The position numbers were made by a program, and so were the translations under genes. The notes beneath the pieces were generated by a model. The model saw only the letters and a list, made by a program, of their open reading frames with translations, was not told where the DNA came from and made no database searches. Shown piece after piece: positions 1 through 10,600 of a DNA stretch of 64,000 bases. The stretch is from positions 41,100 to 105,099 of the forward strand of contig DAAI01000009.1 of the NCBI GenBank assembly GCA_001701105.1, written 5' to 3'. Within the stretch, counting starts at the first letter, position 1; each line of letters begins with the position of its first letter. Origin of the DNA: Bacteroidales bacterium GP1. GTDB lineage: Bacteria > Bacteroidota > Bacteroidia > Bacteroidales > Muribaculaceae.

Positions 1-585
1 CTTTCCACTTGCGAGCACTTCCTCTATATAAGGAAGACCGCCGAAGTACTGCATCAGAGTGAAATGGAAATACCCGCGGAAGAAGCGAAGCTGACCTTCG
101 ATCATGTTCTTCTGTTCCTGTGTGGCTTCCGTAAGCTGATCGAGGTGTGCGAGACCTACATTGCATTTACGGATTCCATACCATGAACCTTGCCATGTGG
201 TCGGATGTTTGCCCACGTCATGATATTCATTGGTATCGAAATTGCCGATATCCATGAAGCCGCATGACCAGCCGTCGTGTTCGGCCTGCCAACCCCAGAA
301 GTTTCCTTGGTCCACTTTATATCCCATCATGTAGTCTACACCTACGCTGATGATCTCATCGTCGCCCCAGTTGAAGGAGTTGTTCCAGTAGCATTTGCAG
401 AAGTCGGGAACGCAGAAGTAGAGTTCCTCAACAAAGCCCTGGAAGTTCTTGAAGTTCTTGAAGGCTTCATCCTCAGAGATTTCACTTTCGGGAGCCTTAT
501 TAAGGTAGTCCGTACAGCTTGTAGCCATCATGCACATAGCGGACACCGCAAGAACTGAAAATATATATTTCTTTATCTTTTTCAT
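1..585 (-). CDS. susD: RagB/SusD family outer-membrane glycan-binding lipoprotein (partial, 3' end outside window)
   Basis: Not in ORF track; manual translation MKKIKKYIFSVLAVSAMCMMATSCTDYLNKAPE...WYGIRKCNVGL...IEGQLRFFRGYFHFTLMQYFGGLPYI shows a lipobox and SusD TPR motifs; lies 12 bp after the susC stop. Confidence 0.93.
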   Translation of the reverse strand, partial: MKKIKKYIFSVLAVSAMCMMATSCTDYLNKAPESEISEDEAFKNFKNFQGFVEELYFCVPDFCKCYWNNSFNWGDDEIISVGVDYMMGYKVDQGNFWGWQAEHDGWSCGFMDIGNFDTNEYHDVGKHPTTWQGSWYGIRKCNVGLAHLDQLTEATQEQKNMIEGQLRFFRGYFHFTLMQYFGGLPYIEEVLASGK

Positions 586-597
586 GTCTGTACTTGA

Positions 598-3500
598 TTA
601 GATGTCAAACCTGATACCCAAGTTGAAACGACGTACGGTAGGATAAGCACCCTGACTGGCGTTACCGGTACCTGCGAAGTTATTTTCACGGTCGTCCGGC
701 ATTCTTGACCACTGCCAGAGGTTGTTACCGTTGAGGAATATCTTAAGGTTCTTCAAACCGATCTTTCTGATCCAGCCGTCGGTCCATGTATAGGCGATTT
801 CAGCATTTTTCAGACGAATATAGCTTCCATCGTAGTGGTTGTAACGGTTATCCCAGCTATTATAGTATTCCGGAGTGGAGTTCCATACCGGCAATGGGCG
901 ATCAACATCAGTTGCACCCGGGCTCCAGAAGTTAACACCGGCATAAAGGGTGTTGAGCTTGCCGCGGAACGACTCGAATACGATCGTACGCTGAACATTG
1001 GTTACACCATAGAACTGAACATAGATGCTCCAGCCTTTCCAATCCCAACCGAGAGTAGCATTGTATGTGTTCTGCGGGATGCCGCTGTAGCCATAAGGAG
1101 TTTTATCGGAAGAATCGATAACACCGTCACCGTTATAGTCTACCATGATAGGTTGACCCGGGAGCTTTTGACCATCGTTAGAGTTATGGGTAGTCATACC
1201 GATTACATCGTCCCAAGTCTGAGCATATCCTGCATCATAGATGATCTGATCCTGGCCGATCTGGAAGCCTTCAGTCTTGCGATAAGCTTCGAGAAGTTCG
1301 GGATCGTCATATTTAAGCACCTTATTCTCTGCATGGGTCATGTTGAGGTTAGCCCATACATGCATGTCGTTGTTGAAGGTCTTGTTGAAACGGAGTTCAA
1401 GCTCATAACCCTTGCTGCGTACTTTACCGAGGTTGGCTGTCGGAGCTTTTCCTCCAAAGTAGCTCGGGATGGCACGGCTGGAACCGTCTATGAGGATGTC
1501 ACGGCGATCCTCCTGGAAGAGCTCGATCGTTCCCTGTACCATCTGATTGAAGATAGAGAAGTCGATACCGAGATTCTGTTTGAGGGCTTTCTCCCAATGG
1601 ATGTCGGGGTTACCGATCACGGCTTCTTTATACCATGTATAAGGAGAAGTCTGTCCGTCGACTGTTGAAAGGTTCTTTGCGCCGGCGATTGCCCACTGTG
1701 TTGCATAGATCCAACGGGTCCAGATGTTATCGTCGCCGACCTCACCAATAGAGTAACGGATCTTGAAGTTATCAAGCCAGTTGCGGCTCCATGCCATGAA
1801 TTTTTCTTCGCTCAGACGCCATCCGATAGCTCCGGAGTTGAAGAAATCGAATCGATATTTCTTGTCGAACTTTTCAGAACCATTGTATGCACCGTTGTAT
1901 TCCACGAAGTAACGTTCGCCGAAGTTATAGGTGGCACGGAATGCCCAGTCCTCACGATAGTGCGGGAACTCCGAACCCGTGGCGCGCTCGTTACGGTTCC
2001 ATACTGCCATTGCAGTCACGTCATGCTCGCCGAAACGACGTGCATAATTGATCTGAGCCTGATAGAAAAGGTTACGCTGGGTTAGCCAGTTGCGTACTTC
2101 ACCACTGCGTGAACTCCATTTCATATCCTCGCGGAAGTCAAGTCCGTTAGGCTGTGTGGCCTGTGCCCATTTTACCTCGCCCGTAGCCGGGTCGATCCAT
2201 TTGTACTGAGGAGAGTACCAGTTTTCGCAGATACCGCGCTGAGCCTCTACCATCACATTGTCCCAAGAAATCGTTGCACTTGCGCTAAGGCCCTTCGTGA
2301 TGAAGCTGAAGTCCTGATTCAGTGTAAAGTCAGTGTCGATACGCGTTGTGGTGGTATATTCCACACCACCCGTTGCAAGACCCTGCATTGAGTTAGGAGC
2401 ACCTTGTGAATTCAAAGGATAGTAACCCCATGTTCCGTCGGAATACCGGGGGATGAATGCATCTGAAGGAGAGCTGTAGGCAGCCTGCCATAGCTGGGTG
2501 GTATACCAGGAGTCATCAGCCTTGTCCCACGGACTCTTCTTTTCTCCATGCGAACCGGAAAGATTCACCTTGAACGTAGTAGTGCGTGTGATCTGGAAGT
2601 CGAGGTTTGAACGGACGTTTATACGGTTGAAGCCGAATCCTCCTTTATATCCGCGGCCTGTCTCATATTCCTTATAAAGGTCACCTTCATGCAGGAAGTC
2701 GATGGCTGCATAGTATTTTACGAATTTTGTACCACCGCGAACATTGATATTGGGGTTATAGGCCATTGCATAGCTGTCGAAAAGCTCTTTCTCCCAATTT
2801 ACGTTAGGATAGCGCTCGGCCTCCTCGAGACTTGCCGGATTACGGTATTTCTCGATAATGTCGAGCGGAGTGATGTGGCTCCAAGAGTCGGGGGTAAGTC
2901 CAAGCTCACGCTCAATCACGCTGTTACGTGCGTAAAGAGCTTCGGGCGACCCTTCGGTACCGGGAAGGTGAGAGATAGTTTTCATTGCGGCATTCAAGGA
3001 AACGCCGATTTCAGCGCGACCTTCATTACCACGTTTGGTAGTGATAAGGATTACACCGTTGGCACCCTTCACACCATACACGGCGGTTGCAGACGCATCC
3101 TTCAGTACGGATATACTTTCTACCGACTGAATGTCGACCGAGTTCATCGGACGCTCCACGCCGTCAACGAGAATCAGAGGATCTGAACCGTTCCATGATG
3201 TCTGGCCACGAATCACGATCTTCGGATCTTCGGCACCCGGCATACCGGTTGAGGACATTGTCGTCACACCCGGAAGATTACCCGTGAGTGCGGCACCGAT
3301 GCTCGACACACCACCGGCCTTGGCCAAAGTGGCACCCTTGGTCTGGGCGATAGCTCCGACCACGGATTCCTTCTTCTGAGCACCGTAACCGACCACCACA
3401 AGTTCTTCGAGCGAAGCCGTGTTGGAAGTCATGGTAACATTAATGGCTTTTCTACCATTAACCTTTACCTTCTGCGTGTCCATGCCCACATAGGTGAACA

Positions 3501-3729
3501 CCAGCGACTGTTTAGCCGGACTCGGCACATTGATCTTGTAATTGCCATCAAGGTCTGTGACGGCGCCGATTGTAGTGCCGTCCACCCTCACTGTCACGCC
3601 TATCAGGGGCTCCCCCGTGTCATCGATGACATTACCCGAAACTATATCGGCAAATGCCGACACAGCCCCGAATAGCATCATCGCCAACAACATGACAATG
3701 CATGGTAGCTGTTGCTTTACATTCTTCAT
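598..3729 (-). CDS. susC: SusC/RagA TonB-dependent transporter
   Basis: N-terminal GEPLIGVTV carboxypeptidase-regulatory-like domain, plug signature VLKDASATAVYGVKGANGVILITTKRG, WEKA..NLGID, C-terminal YPTVRRFNLGIRFDI. Confidence 0.96.
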   Translation of the reverse strand: MKNVKQQLPCIVMLLAMMLFGAVSAFADIVSGNVIDDTGEPLIGVTVRVDGTTIGAVTDLDGNYKINVPSPAKQSLVFTYVGMDTQKVKVNGRKAINVTMTSNTASLEELVVVGYGAQKKESVVGAIAQTKGATLAKAGGVSSIGAALTGNLPGVTTMSSTGMPGAEDPKIVIRGQTSWNGSDPLILVDGVERPMNSVDIQSVESISVLKDASATAVYGVKGANGVILITTKRGNEGRAEIGVSLNAAMKTISHLPGTEGSPEALYARNSVIERELGLTPDSWSHITPLDIIEKYRNPASLEEAERYPNVNWEKELFDSYAMAYNPNINVRGGTKFVKYYAAIDFLHEGDLYKEYETGRGYKGGFGFNRINVRSNLDFQITRTTTFKVNLSGSHGEKKSPWDKADDSWYTTQLWQAAYSSPSDAFIPRYSDGTWGYYPLNSQGAPNSMQGLATGGVEYTTTTRIDTDFTLNQDFSFITKGLSASATISWDNVMVEAQRGICENWYSPQYKWIDPATGEVKWAQATQPNGLDFREDMKWSSRSGEVRNWLTQRNLFYQAQINYARRFGEHDVTAMAVWNRNERATGSEFPHYREDWAFRATYNFGERYFVEYNGAYNGSEKFDKKYRFDFFNSGAIGWRLSEEKFMAWSRNWLDNFKIRYSIGEVGDDNIWTRWIYATQWAIAGAKNLSTVDGQTSPYTWYKEAVIGNPDIHWEKALKQNLGIDFSIFNQMVQGTIELFQEDRRDILIDGSSRAIPSYFGGKAPTANLGKVRSKGYELELRFNKTFNNDMHVWANLNMTHAENKVLKYDDPELLEAYRKTEGFQIGQDQIIYDAGYAQTWDDVIGMTTHNSNDGQKLPGQPIMVDYNGDGVIDSSDKTPYGYSGIPQNTYNATLGWDWKGWSIYVQFYGVTNVQRTIVFESFRGKLNTLYAGVNFWSPGATDVDRPLPVWNSTPEYYNSWDNRYNHYDGSYIRLKNAEIAYTWTDGWIRKIGLKNLKIFLNGNNLWQWSRMPDDRENNFAGTGNASQGAYPTVRRFNLGIRFDI

Positions 3730-3753
3730 TGCTGTTACGTTAGTTGTTTAAGG

Positions 3754-5484
3754 TTAATTATCAGTTTTCAATCCGGAAGCATAAAGGCCGAGCACTGTTC
3801 CCGTAAAGCCGCCGGCTGTAGCCGTCGACGTGAACTTTGCATCTATTCCCTCGCCGATTTTAGTCCAATTTCTGCCGCCATCTACAGAATAGGAAAAATC
3901 GAGGGTTGTGCCTTTGGAATCGACTCTGAGGTCGACGGTCTCGTCGTCGGCTTTTACATTGCCGGCGCCGAGTTCCTCGACTCCCTTGTCGCTGATCTTG
4001 CGTAACACCACCTTGTGGTTACCGTCAGCGTCCATGGCTTTGCCGAGGAAATATTGATGCGTCTCATCCTTCATCATCAGCATACCGGCTGATTCCCCGC
4101 TGTTGTCGGGTACGAAGGTGAGACGTGTCGCTGCATTATATTTATGGTGATTGATGCGGCGTCCCACGAAGGGCAACACAGCCTTTTCAGTCGACGGAAC
4201 ATCCGCACATGTGATCGAAAGATATCCCGGATTGCTGGTGAGCGAATAATACTCATTTGCAGGGCCGCGCAATGTCATCCATTCCACTCCAAGCGCGCTG
4301 TCGTTGAATTCTTCAACTCGAGAATAATTTCCCGACATCATTTCTTCGCCTCTGCTGACTCCATCCTTGCGGACTATCATCGGCACTTCCTCTCCTTCGT
4401 TGAGGAAATACGGCCAGCCATCTTCAGTCCATTTTACCGGAAGCATGAATGTCTCACGTCCCAGATTCTCATGGTCGCCCTCCAAAGGACGGACTGCGAG
4501 AAACACTCCCCACCATCGGCCGTCATTATCTTTTACAAGATCGGCATGACCAGCACATGTTACCGGATTTACACGATTGCTGTCGAGATTACGCTGAGTG
4601 AGAATCGGATTGCCATCCCAGGGCTTATAAGGGCCGAACGGGGTGGCGCCTCTGTAGATCACCTCGCTGTGGTTCACGCTCGTACCTCCTTCTGCTGTCA
4701 TCAGGAAATATTCACCGTTTATCTTATATATATGCGGCCCTTCACACCAAATCGGCTTTTCCTCCGGGCGAACTCCTTTATTAACTACTATTTTGCGGGC
4801 TCCGACACATTTATCGGTGGCTGTATCGAATTCTACAACCCTTACTGTACGATGCCCAGGATATTCCGGATTATAGTCAGGAGCATCATCGTTGTTCACG
4901 ATATAAGCCTTTCCGTCCTCATCAAAGAAGAATGCCGGATCAATGCCTTGCACTTCGGGTAGCATTATCGGATCGCTCCACTCACCGAAAGGATCCTGCG
5001 TCTTTACAAAGAAATTGCCATGACCGACATTTGTTGTGATCATGTAATAAGTCTTATTGGCAGGATTATACGTAATATCGGGTGCAAATATACCCCCGCT
5101 TACATGCTGCTTCTCCATATTCAGCAATTGCGACTCACGGGTCAACACGTGGCCGATCTGCTTCCAGTTTACAAGATCCTTGCTATGGAAGATAGGTACT
5201 CCCGGAAAATAAGTGAAAGTAGAGGTTACAAGAAAATAGTCGCCTTTTCCATTGGTGCAAATCGACGGGTCTGAATACCATCCGGCCAGGATAGGATTGT
5301 AGAACGACTGATCATCCGCGAGCGGATTGTCGTTGTAATAGTCATCATTGCCCTCATACCTGAACGAATCGAAGATTGCGACAGATTTCTGCGGGGCGAT
5401 ACTCTTGGAGCCAGATGCACATGATGTGACCGCAGTCACAAGCATCACGGCAAAAAGTGTAAACGCACAAAGTCTCGAGTTCAT
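3754..5484 (-). CDS. GH43 beta-xylosidase/alpha-L-arabinofuranosidase lipoprotein (GH43_12-like) with C-terminal beta-sandwich
   Basis: NPILAGWYSDPSI, FPGVPIFHSKDLVNW, GIDP, EGPH motifs; lipobox VTSC. Confidence 0.9.
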   Translation of the reverse strand: MNSRLCAFTLFAVMLVTAVTSCASGSKSIAPQKSVAIFDSFRYEGNDDYYNDNPLADDQSFYNPILAGWYSDPSICTNGKGDYFLVTSTFTYFPGVPIFHSKDLVNWKQIGHVLTRESQLLNMEKQHVSGGIFAPDITYNPANKTYYMITTNVGHGNFFVKTQDPFGEWSDPIMLPEVQGIDPAFFFDEDGKAYIVNNDDAPDYNPEYPGHRTVRVVEFDTATDKCVGARKIVVNKGVRPEEKPIWCEGPHIYKINGEYFLMTAEGGTSVNHSEVIYRGATPFGPYKPWDGNPILTQRNLDSNRVNPVTCAGHADLVKDNDGRWWGVFLAVRPLEGDHENLGRETFMLPVKWTEDGWPYFLNEGEEVPMIVRKDGVSRGEEMMSGNYSRVEEFNDSALGVEWMTLRGPANEYYSLTSNPGYLSITCADVPSTEKAVLPFVGRRINHHKYNAATRLTFVPDNSGESAGMLMMKDETHQYFLGKAMDADGNHKVVLRKISDKGVEELGAGNVKADDETVDLRVDSKGTTLDFSYSVDGGRNWTKIGEGIDAKFTSTATAGGFTGTVLGLYASGLKTDN

Positions 5485-5515
5485 GTTAGGTGTTAATATT
5501 TTATTAAATCAAGCG

Positions 5516-5624
5516 CAAAAATAGTGCTTATTTATCCTTAACATAATTTTAGAAATGTCAGTAACTTATAAATTTGTATCACCCATCTTGAGGTTGAGTC
5601 GCAGAATAATTCATTTTCGTAACA
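5516..5624 (-). promoter_or_regulatory. Promoter of GH43-susC-susD with triple direct-repeat candidate HTCS operator
   Basis: -7 element TATTTTTG (minus, 5516-5523); repeats with core G at 5576, 5598, 5619; distal 15-mer TTCATTTTCGTAACA at 5610-5624. Confidence 0.7.
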
Positions 5625-5827
5625 TATTTTCTACGTCATTCCTATCAATCAGACACTTATCGAATACATGTATTCTTAACTGATATGGCCTGATTGTGAT
5701 ATATTGTATCATTATCGTACATCCATTTCCACATTCGTAACATATAATCTAAATGACGGTTTGCACGGCATTTTTGCTACTTTCTGATCCTCCTGCCATG
5801 AAGAGGGCCGGTTATGAAGATATGTGT

Positions 5828-7435
5828 TCAGGGGTTAAGATGAAAGTAATCTACGTCTATAAATCCACCATTTTCTTTTGTAGCGTAATTATAGATGGCG
5901 AATTTAGACCCCATGAACATCCTGCTGAAATCGAAAATCATCTTGTAGTCTCCGCCAACGGGATTCCAATTATTTCCGTCGATACTGTAATAAAATTTTG
6001 CAATGTCTTTGCCGGGATTAAAGTCGGCATCTATACGCATCCAGATATCGTTGCCATCCAGAGGAGCGCGGAAAAGTTCCTCGTCTTCTGTGGAGGTCAC
6101 GGCTTTGATATCATCGCTCAGACGCGCCGATGATGTGGAATGTACAATCCATTTATTTCCCTTATCATCCATCTTCACCGATAAAAGACCGGAATCTCCG
6201 TTCATTGCTCCGAAACCGCATATATCGCCCGGCTTCATATGACTTACATCCAGCTTTACTTCCCCACTGCAGAGAGGACCAGGCATACGTTGCGTAATCG
6301 TGTTGCGTGCGAGATAGAAATGCGGGGCTATTTCAGATGTCTTCAGGCGCAGATATCCCGGACGCTCCGTTACGCTCCATGCCTCATCAACCGGATTGTG
6401 ATTCCATTGCCAATTGATTGATTTTGAACCATTGAAATCGTCCGAACTGATTATGTCGGTAGTATTCGGAACTCCCGGAAGGTCTTTAATCAATTCGGGG
6501 ATATTACCGTTTTCATCGCCAAGCATTGGCCAGCCCTCTTTCCATGTCACTGGATTAAGCGTAAGCACTCTGCCAACTCCCCCACGATCTTGAAATATCA
6601 TTCCCCACCAGTTTCCATCCGTATCATCGACTAGACATCCTTGACCGGCATAGCCAAAACCACCGAATTTAGATTCCAATACCACGCATTTCTCATATGG
6701 GCCCTGGATATTATCGGCTCGGTAACATAACTGACGCCGCGGCTTATCTTTAGGCCATGATATTACAAATACATAATACTTTCCGTTATGCTTGATTGCT
6801 CGGCTTCCTTCATGCAGCATTGTCTCAGTAGAGTCAGGAAATATAACGAAATCATCAAATCCGTTTTCTTTTACACTCTTCAGATCGGGTGTTAACTCCG
6901 TGAGCCGGATTTTTCCGCCACCGCTAAATACATATACGCGTCCATCGTCATCGAAAATCATTGATGAATCATGGAAATGCGGAAGACGCGAAACCAGTTT
7001 CCATTTTCCAGCCGGATCATCAGTAGTATACATATAGGAGCGGTGAGGATCATCGTTCGGACTGAACAGCACATAAAATTTGCCATCATTGTAACGTATC
7101 GTGGTGGCCCATTGTCCACGTCCGTAAACTGTGCCCTCCTTCAGGTCATATCTCGGTGTATCTGTCAATTTATCGAATACATATCCTATTGTATGCCAGT
7201 TTACAAGATCCTTTGAATGCATTACCGGGCAACCAGGCATCAGATGCATGGTGGTGCTTACCATATAATAGTCATCCCCAACCCTTATGACATCAGGATC
7301 CGGAACGTCTGCCCAGAGCACCGGATTTGTAAAACGTTCACCCTTTGACTCTATTCCTTTGATTCCTCCAAGCAGAAGAATGCTGATAAAAAGGATTACA
7401 CGATAACGGAAGATTGATCTACGGAATGCCTTCAT
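5828..7435 (-). CDS. GH43 arabinofuranosidase/xylosidase (GH43_10-like) with C-terminal beta-sandwich
   Basis: NPVLWADVPDPDVIRVGDDYYMVSTTMHLMPG, YGRGQWA, HEGS, YAGQG motifs; signal peptide. Confidence 0.9.
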   Translation of the reverse strand: MKAFRRSIFRYRVILFISILLLGGIKGIESKGERFTNPVLWADVPDPDVIRVGDDYYMVSTTMHLMPGCPVMHSKDLVNWHTIGYVFDKLTDTPRYDLKEGTVYGRGQWATTIRYNDGKFYVLFSPNDDPHRSYMYTTDDPAGKWKLVSRLPHFHDSSMIFDDDGRVYVFSGGGKIRLTELTPDLKSVKENGFDDFVIFPDSTETMLHEGSRAIKHNGKYYVFVISWPKDKPRRQLCYRADNIQGPYEKCVVLESKFGGFGYAGQGCLVDDTDGNWWGMIFQDRGGVGRVLTLNPVTWKEGWPMLGDENGNIPELIKDLPGVPNTTDIISSDDFNGSKSINWQWNHNPVDEAWSVTERPGYLRLKTSEIAPHFYLARNTITQRMPGPLCSGEVKLDVSHMKPGDICGFGAMNGDSGLLSVKMDDKGNKWIVHSTSSARLSDDIKAVTSTEDEELFRAPLDGNDIWMRIDADFNPGKDIAKFYYSIDGNNWNPVGGDYKMIFDFSRMFMGSKFAIYNYATKENGGFIDVDYFHLNP

Positions 7436-7491
7436 TCTTATTAATTGATTATTAGATTAAGCCTTGTCTATATTAGTTAATAAATCATATG

Positions 7492-7599
7492 CAAAATTAA
7501 TATTCAAGCCTTCATTAACATCAATTTAGAATATCACAACCCTAAGAATCCGCAACATCTGCATTTCTGGATGTCACGAAAATATTCATTTTTGTAACG
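7492..7599 (-). promoter_or_regulatory. Promoter of GH43_10 with triple direct-repeat candidate HTCS operator
   Basis: -7 element TAATTTTG (minus, 7492-7499); repeat cores at 7552, 7573, 7594; distal 15-mer TTCATTTTTGTAACG at 7585-7599. Confidence 0.7.
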
Positions 7600-7644
7600 C
7601 CGTGCGATAATACCTTTCGATGTTTGAGATAACAAATCAGTTGA

Positions 7645-10600
7645 TTAGGCTCTATCGTTGACTTCTACATCCTCTCCTTTCAGGTATCTGGCCCTATATT
7701 CAGACGGTGAATAGCCCGTATATCTCTTAAAAGCCGTAGAGAAATGCGGCTGTGATGTAAATCCAATCGTATAGGCCACCTGCGTAATCTCCACATCCGG
7801 CTTTTTAAGAAGTTCGCATGCTCGCTTCAGACGTACGTTCCTGATGAAATCACTCGGAGTCATACCGATTATATCTTTCATCTTTCTGTGAAGGTGCGCT
7901 CGACTTATCCCTGCCTCCTGACCTAATTTCTCGACATTAAGGTCGGGGTCATCAAGGTGCTCGTTGACTATCTTTATTACTTTCTCCATCAACGATTCAT
8001 TATATCCCTTCAACTCCGGAATAGAAATCTTATCATCTACACTTTGAGCTCCCGAATATTTTCCTTTTAACCTTAATCTACTGTCGATCAGACTAACAGC
8101 CATAATGTCCAGTTCATCAATATGGAAGGGTTTGCCAAGATAGCCGTCGGCGCCACGATCCCATCCCTCTACACGGTCGGATACTTCGTTCTTCGAACTG
8201 AGCATTATGACTGGTATATGGCTCATTGCCACATTTTTCTTTATATTTCTCAAGAGCCCGTATCCGTCCATATTTGGCATCTTTATATCCGTGATTACCA
8301 AATCATAAGCCTTTTGAGACATCATCCTGAAGCCTTCCGCTCCATCGGAGGCTACATCCACTTTATACCCTTTCTCGAAATGAGAGCGGATATAATCACG
8401 CAGCTCTTTATCATCATCAACCACAAGGATTCGCTTACCGCTGGAATTATGACGGCGCGATTTTGATTGAGCTGGTTCTTCATTCAATACAGCCGGCTTG
8501 CCATCCAGCCGCAGAGATGGATTTTTACCTATATAGGCTGTTTCGTCCTCACCATAAATAAATTCACTCTTTTCGTACATTGACGATGCAAGCGGAAGGA
8601 GTATTGTAAAGACGCTTCCTTTTACATTATCTTCACGATTGCGAGCATGAATCTTGCCGTGATGCAGGGAGACTAATCTTCTACACAAGTCCAGACCGAT
8701 TCCAAACCCATCCTTATTATTATTGTGTTCCTCGGATCGATAAAATCTTTCGAATATCTTTGCCTCAGTCTTCTGATCGAGGCCTACGCCATTATCTATT
8801 ACATCGATTTTTGCGCATGATCCAAGATCTTTTTCGTCAGCTTTTGATAAGATTACATTAATCTCTCCTCCATTTGGAGTATATTTTATGGCGTTAGATA
8901 TGAGATTGACAAGTATTTTATCACAATTGTCTCTATCCACCCATATTTTATCGGGGAGTCCTCCTTCATATTTAAAATCAAGGTTTATCTTCTTATCAGC
9001 GGCCTGAGGTTTGAACATATCCACCAATTCCCCGACGAATTCAGAAATATTCGTTTCTCGGCAACATAACGGCATCTTTCCATTCTCAAGCCGTCGCAGA
9101 TATAACATCTGGTTTACAAGGCTTAGAACTCGGTTTGCATTTCTATATATGGTGTGTAGCTTCTGGCGTTCATCCGGATCAGAACTATTATTTAACAATG
9201 ACTTTAACGGATTTAGGATTAAGGTTATCGGGCTGCGGATATCATGGGTGATATCTATGAAGAGCTTTATTCTGTCGTCGGCCACTTTCGCCTCCCTCTT
9301 TTTCTTCACCACCATATAGGCCATCAAAATCAATACGAGGAAAATTATGGCATATACCGTATAGGCAATCCCACTCATATACCACGGAGCCTCTACCTTT
9401 ATTTTCACCATCTTTTCCTTAGATTCCACATTTCCGTCAATCGCCTTTATCAAAAGCGTATTTGTACCCGGATCAAGATGAGGTAAATGAAGCTCACTTC
9501 CTCCGGGCTGTGTGGAATTCCATTCCTTGTCTCCTTTAAATTTCCACAGATACCTTACATTGGCTGCATCCCGGAAATCCATTGTCGACAAAACCAAGGT
9601 CATGGCATTATCCTTATAAGGAAGATAAAGTGTGAGGGGTTCATCATCTTCGTTATCTATGAAAGATTTTCGTCCGGAAGTGGCAAACGGTGCAAGCCGC
9701 GTGCCGTTAAGCAACACCGACGCTACTTTTACGTCGCTATGAAAACCGGCTGCAGGGACTTTGACGGGATTGAACATTGTAAGCCCGAGATCATTAGCCA
9801 TTACAATGCGGTCGGCACTGCTAAGCTGATCAGAATAACGAAACATATTCTCATATAAGCCATATCCTCCGTAATATGAATCAATTCTATCTGATTTAGG
9901 CGACATATGCGACAAACCTTTCATCGTACCGATCCATTTTCCTCCCTCGCTGTCGATTGCGATTGTACGCACATCTATGTCGGTCAATCCATCTGCAGTG
10001 GTGTATGTATGAAGCACTCCTTCTGTGGGATGATAATGTATCAGTCCGTGACTCGTTCCGGCTAACACTGTTCCATCTTTAAGCGGAGCCACAGAATACG
10101 TGGCGCCTTTGAGGAATGGCTCTTGATTAATCTCAAGGAATTGACCCGTGGAAAGGTCGTAACAGGAGAGCCCCCCGTATAATCCAATCCATATTTTGTT
10201 GTCGACCGATCTCTTCATTTCAGTCACGAAGGGGTTGGTGAGCTTTCCATCTTCCGGCCTATGCTCAAAACGACGTAGTTTCTGAGTCGCAGGATTATAT
10301 AAATAAAGCCCAACTCCATGCAACGATACAAATATTCGGCCATCGGGCACAACACATATTGGTATCCTAAGGTATTTTCCCGGAATATCAATTACTTTCT
10401 TAATTAAATTTCCGTTATGGCTGTCTACTTGCCAAACCCCTTCATTCGATATTCCCACTAATATCGTTCCTTTGGTGTATGGAGCGATGGAGGAGATGGT
10501 ATTTGTAGTAGGCAACTTAAATCGCTGTGTAGATTTCCCGTCGATAGAAATCATTCCGATATTACCACCGGCATAGCCAATATAGATTGAATTGTCGGCC

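Noticed and set aside
835..1668. 277-aa plus-strand ORF, and similar long antisense ORFs (4144-4962, 25822-26391, 56204-56845, 58746-59582)
   Set aside because: They lie wholly antisense to well-supported genes and show no recognisable motifs; they are codon-bias shadow ORFs
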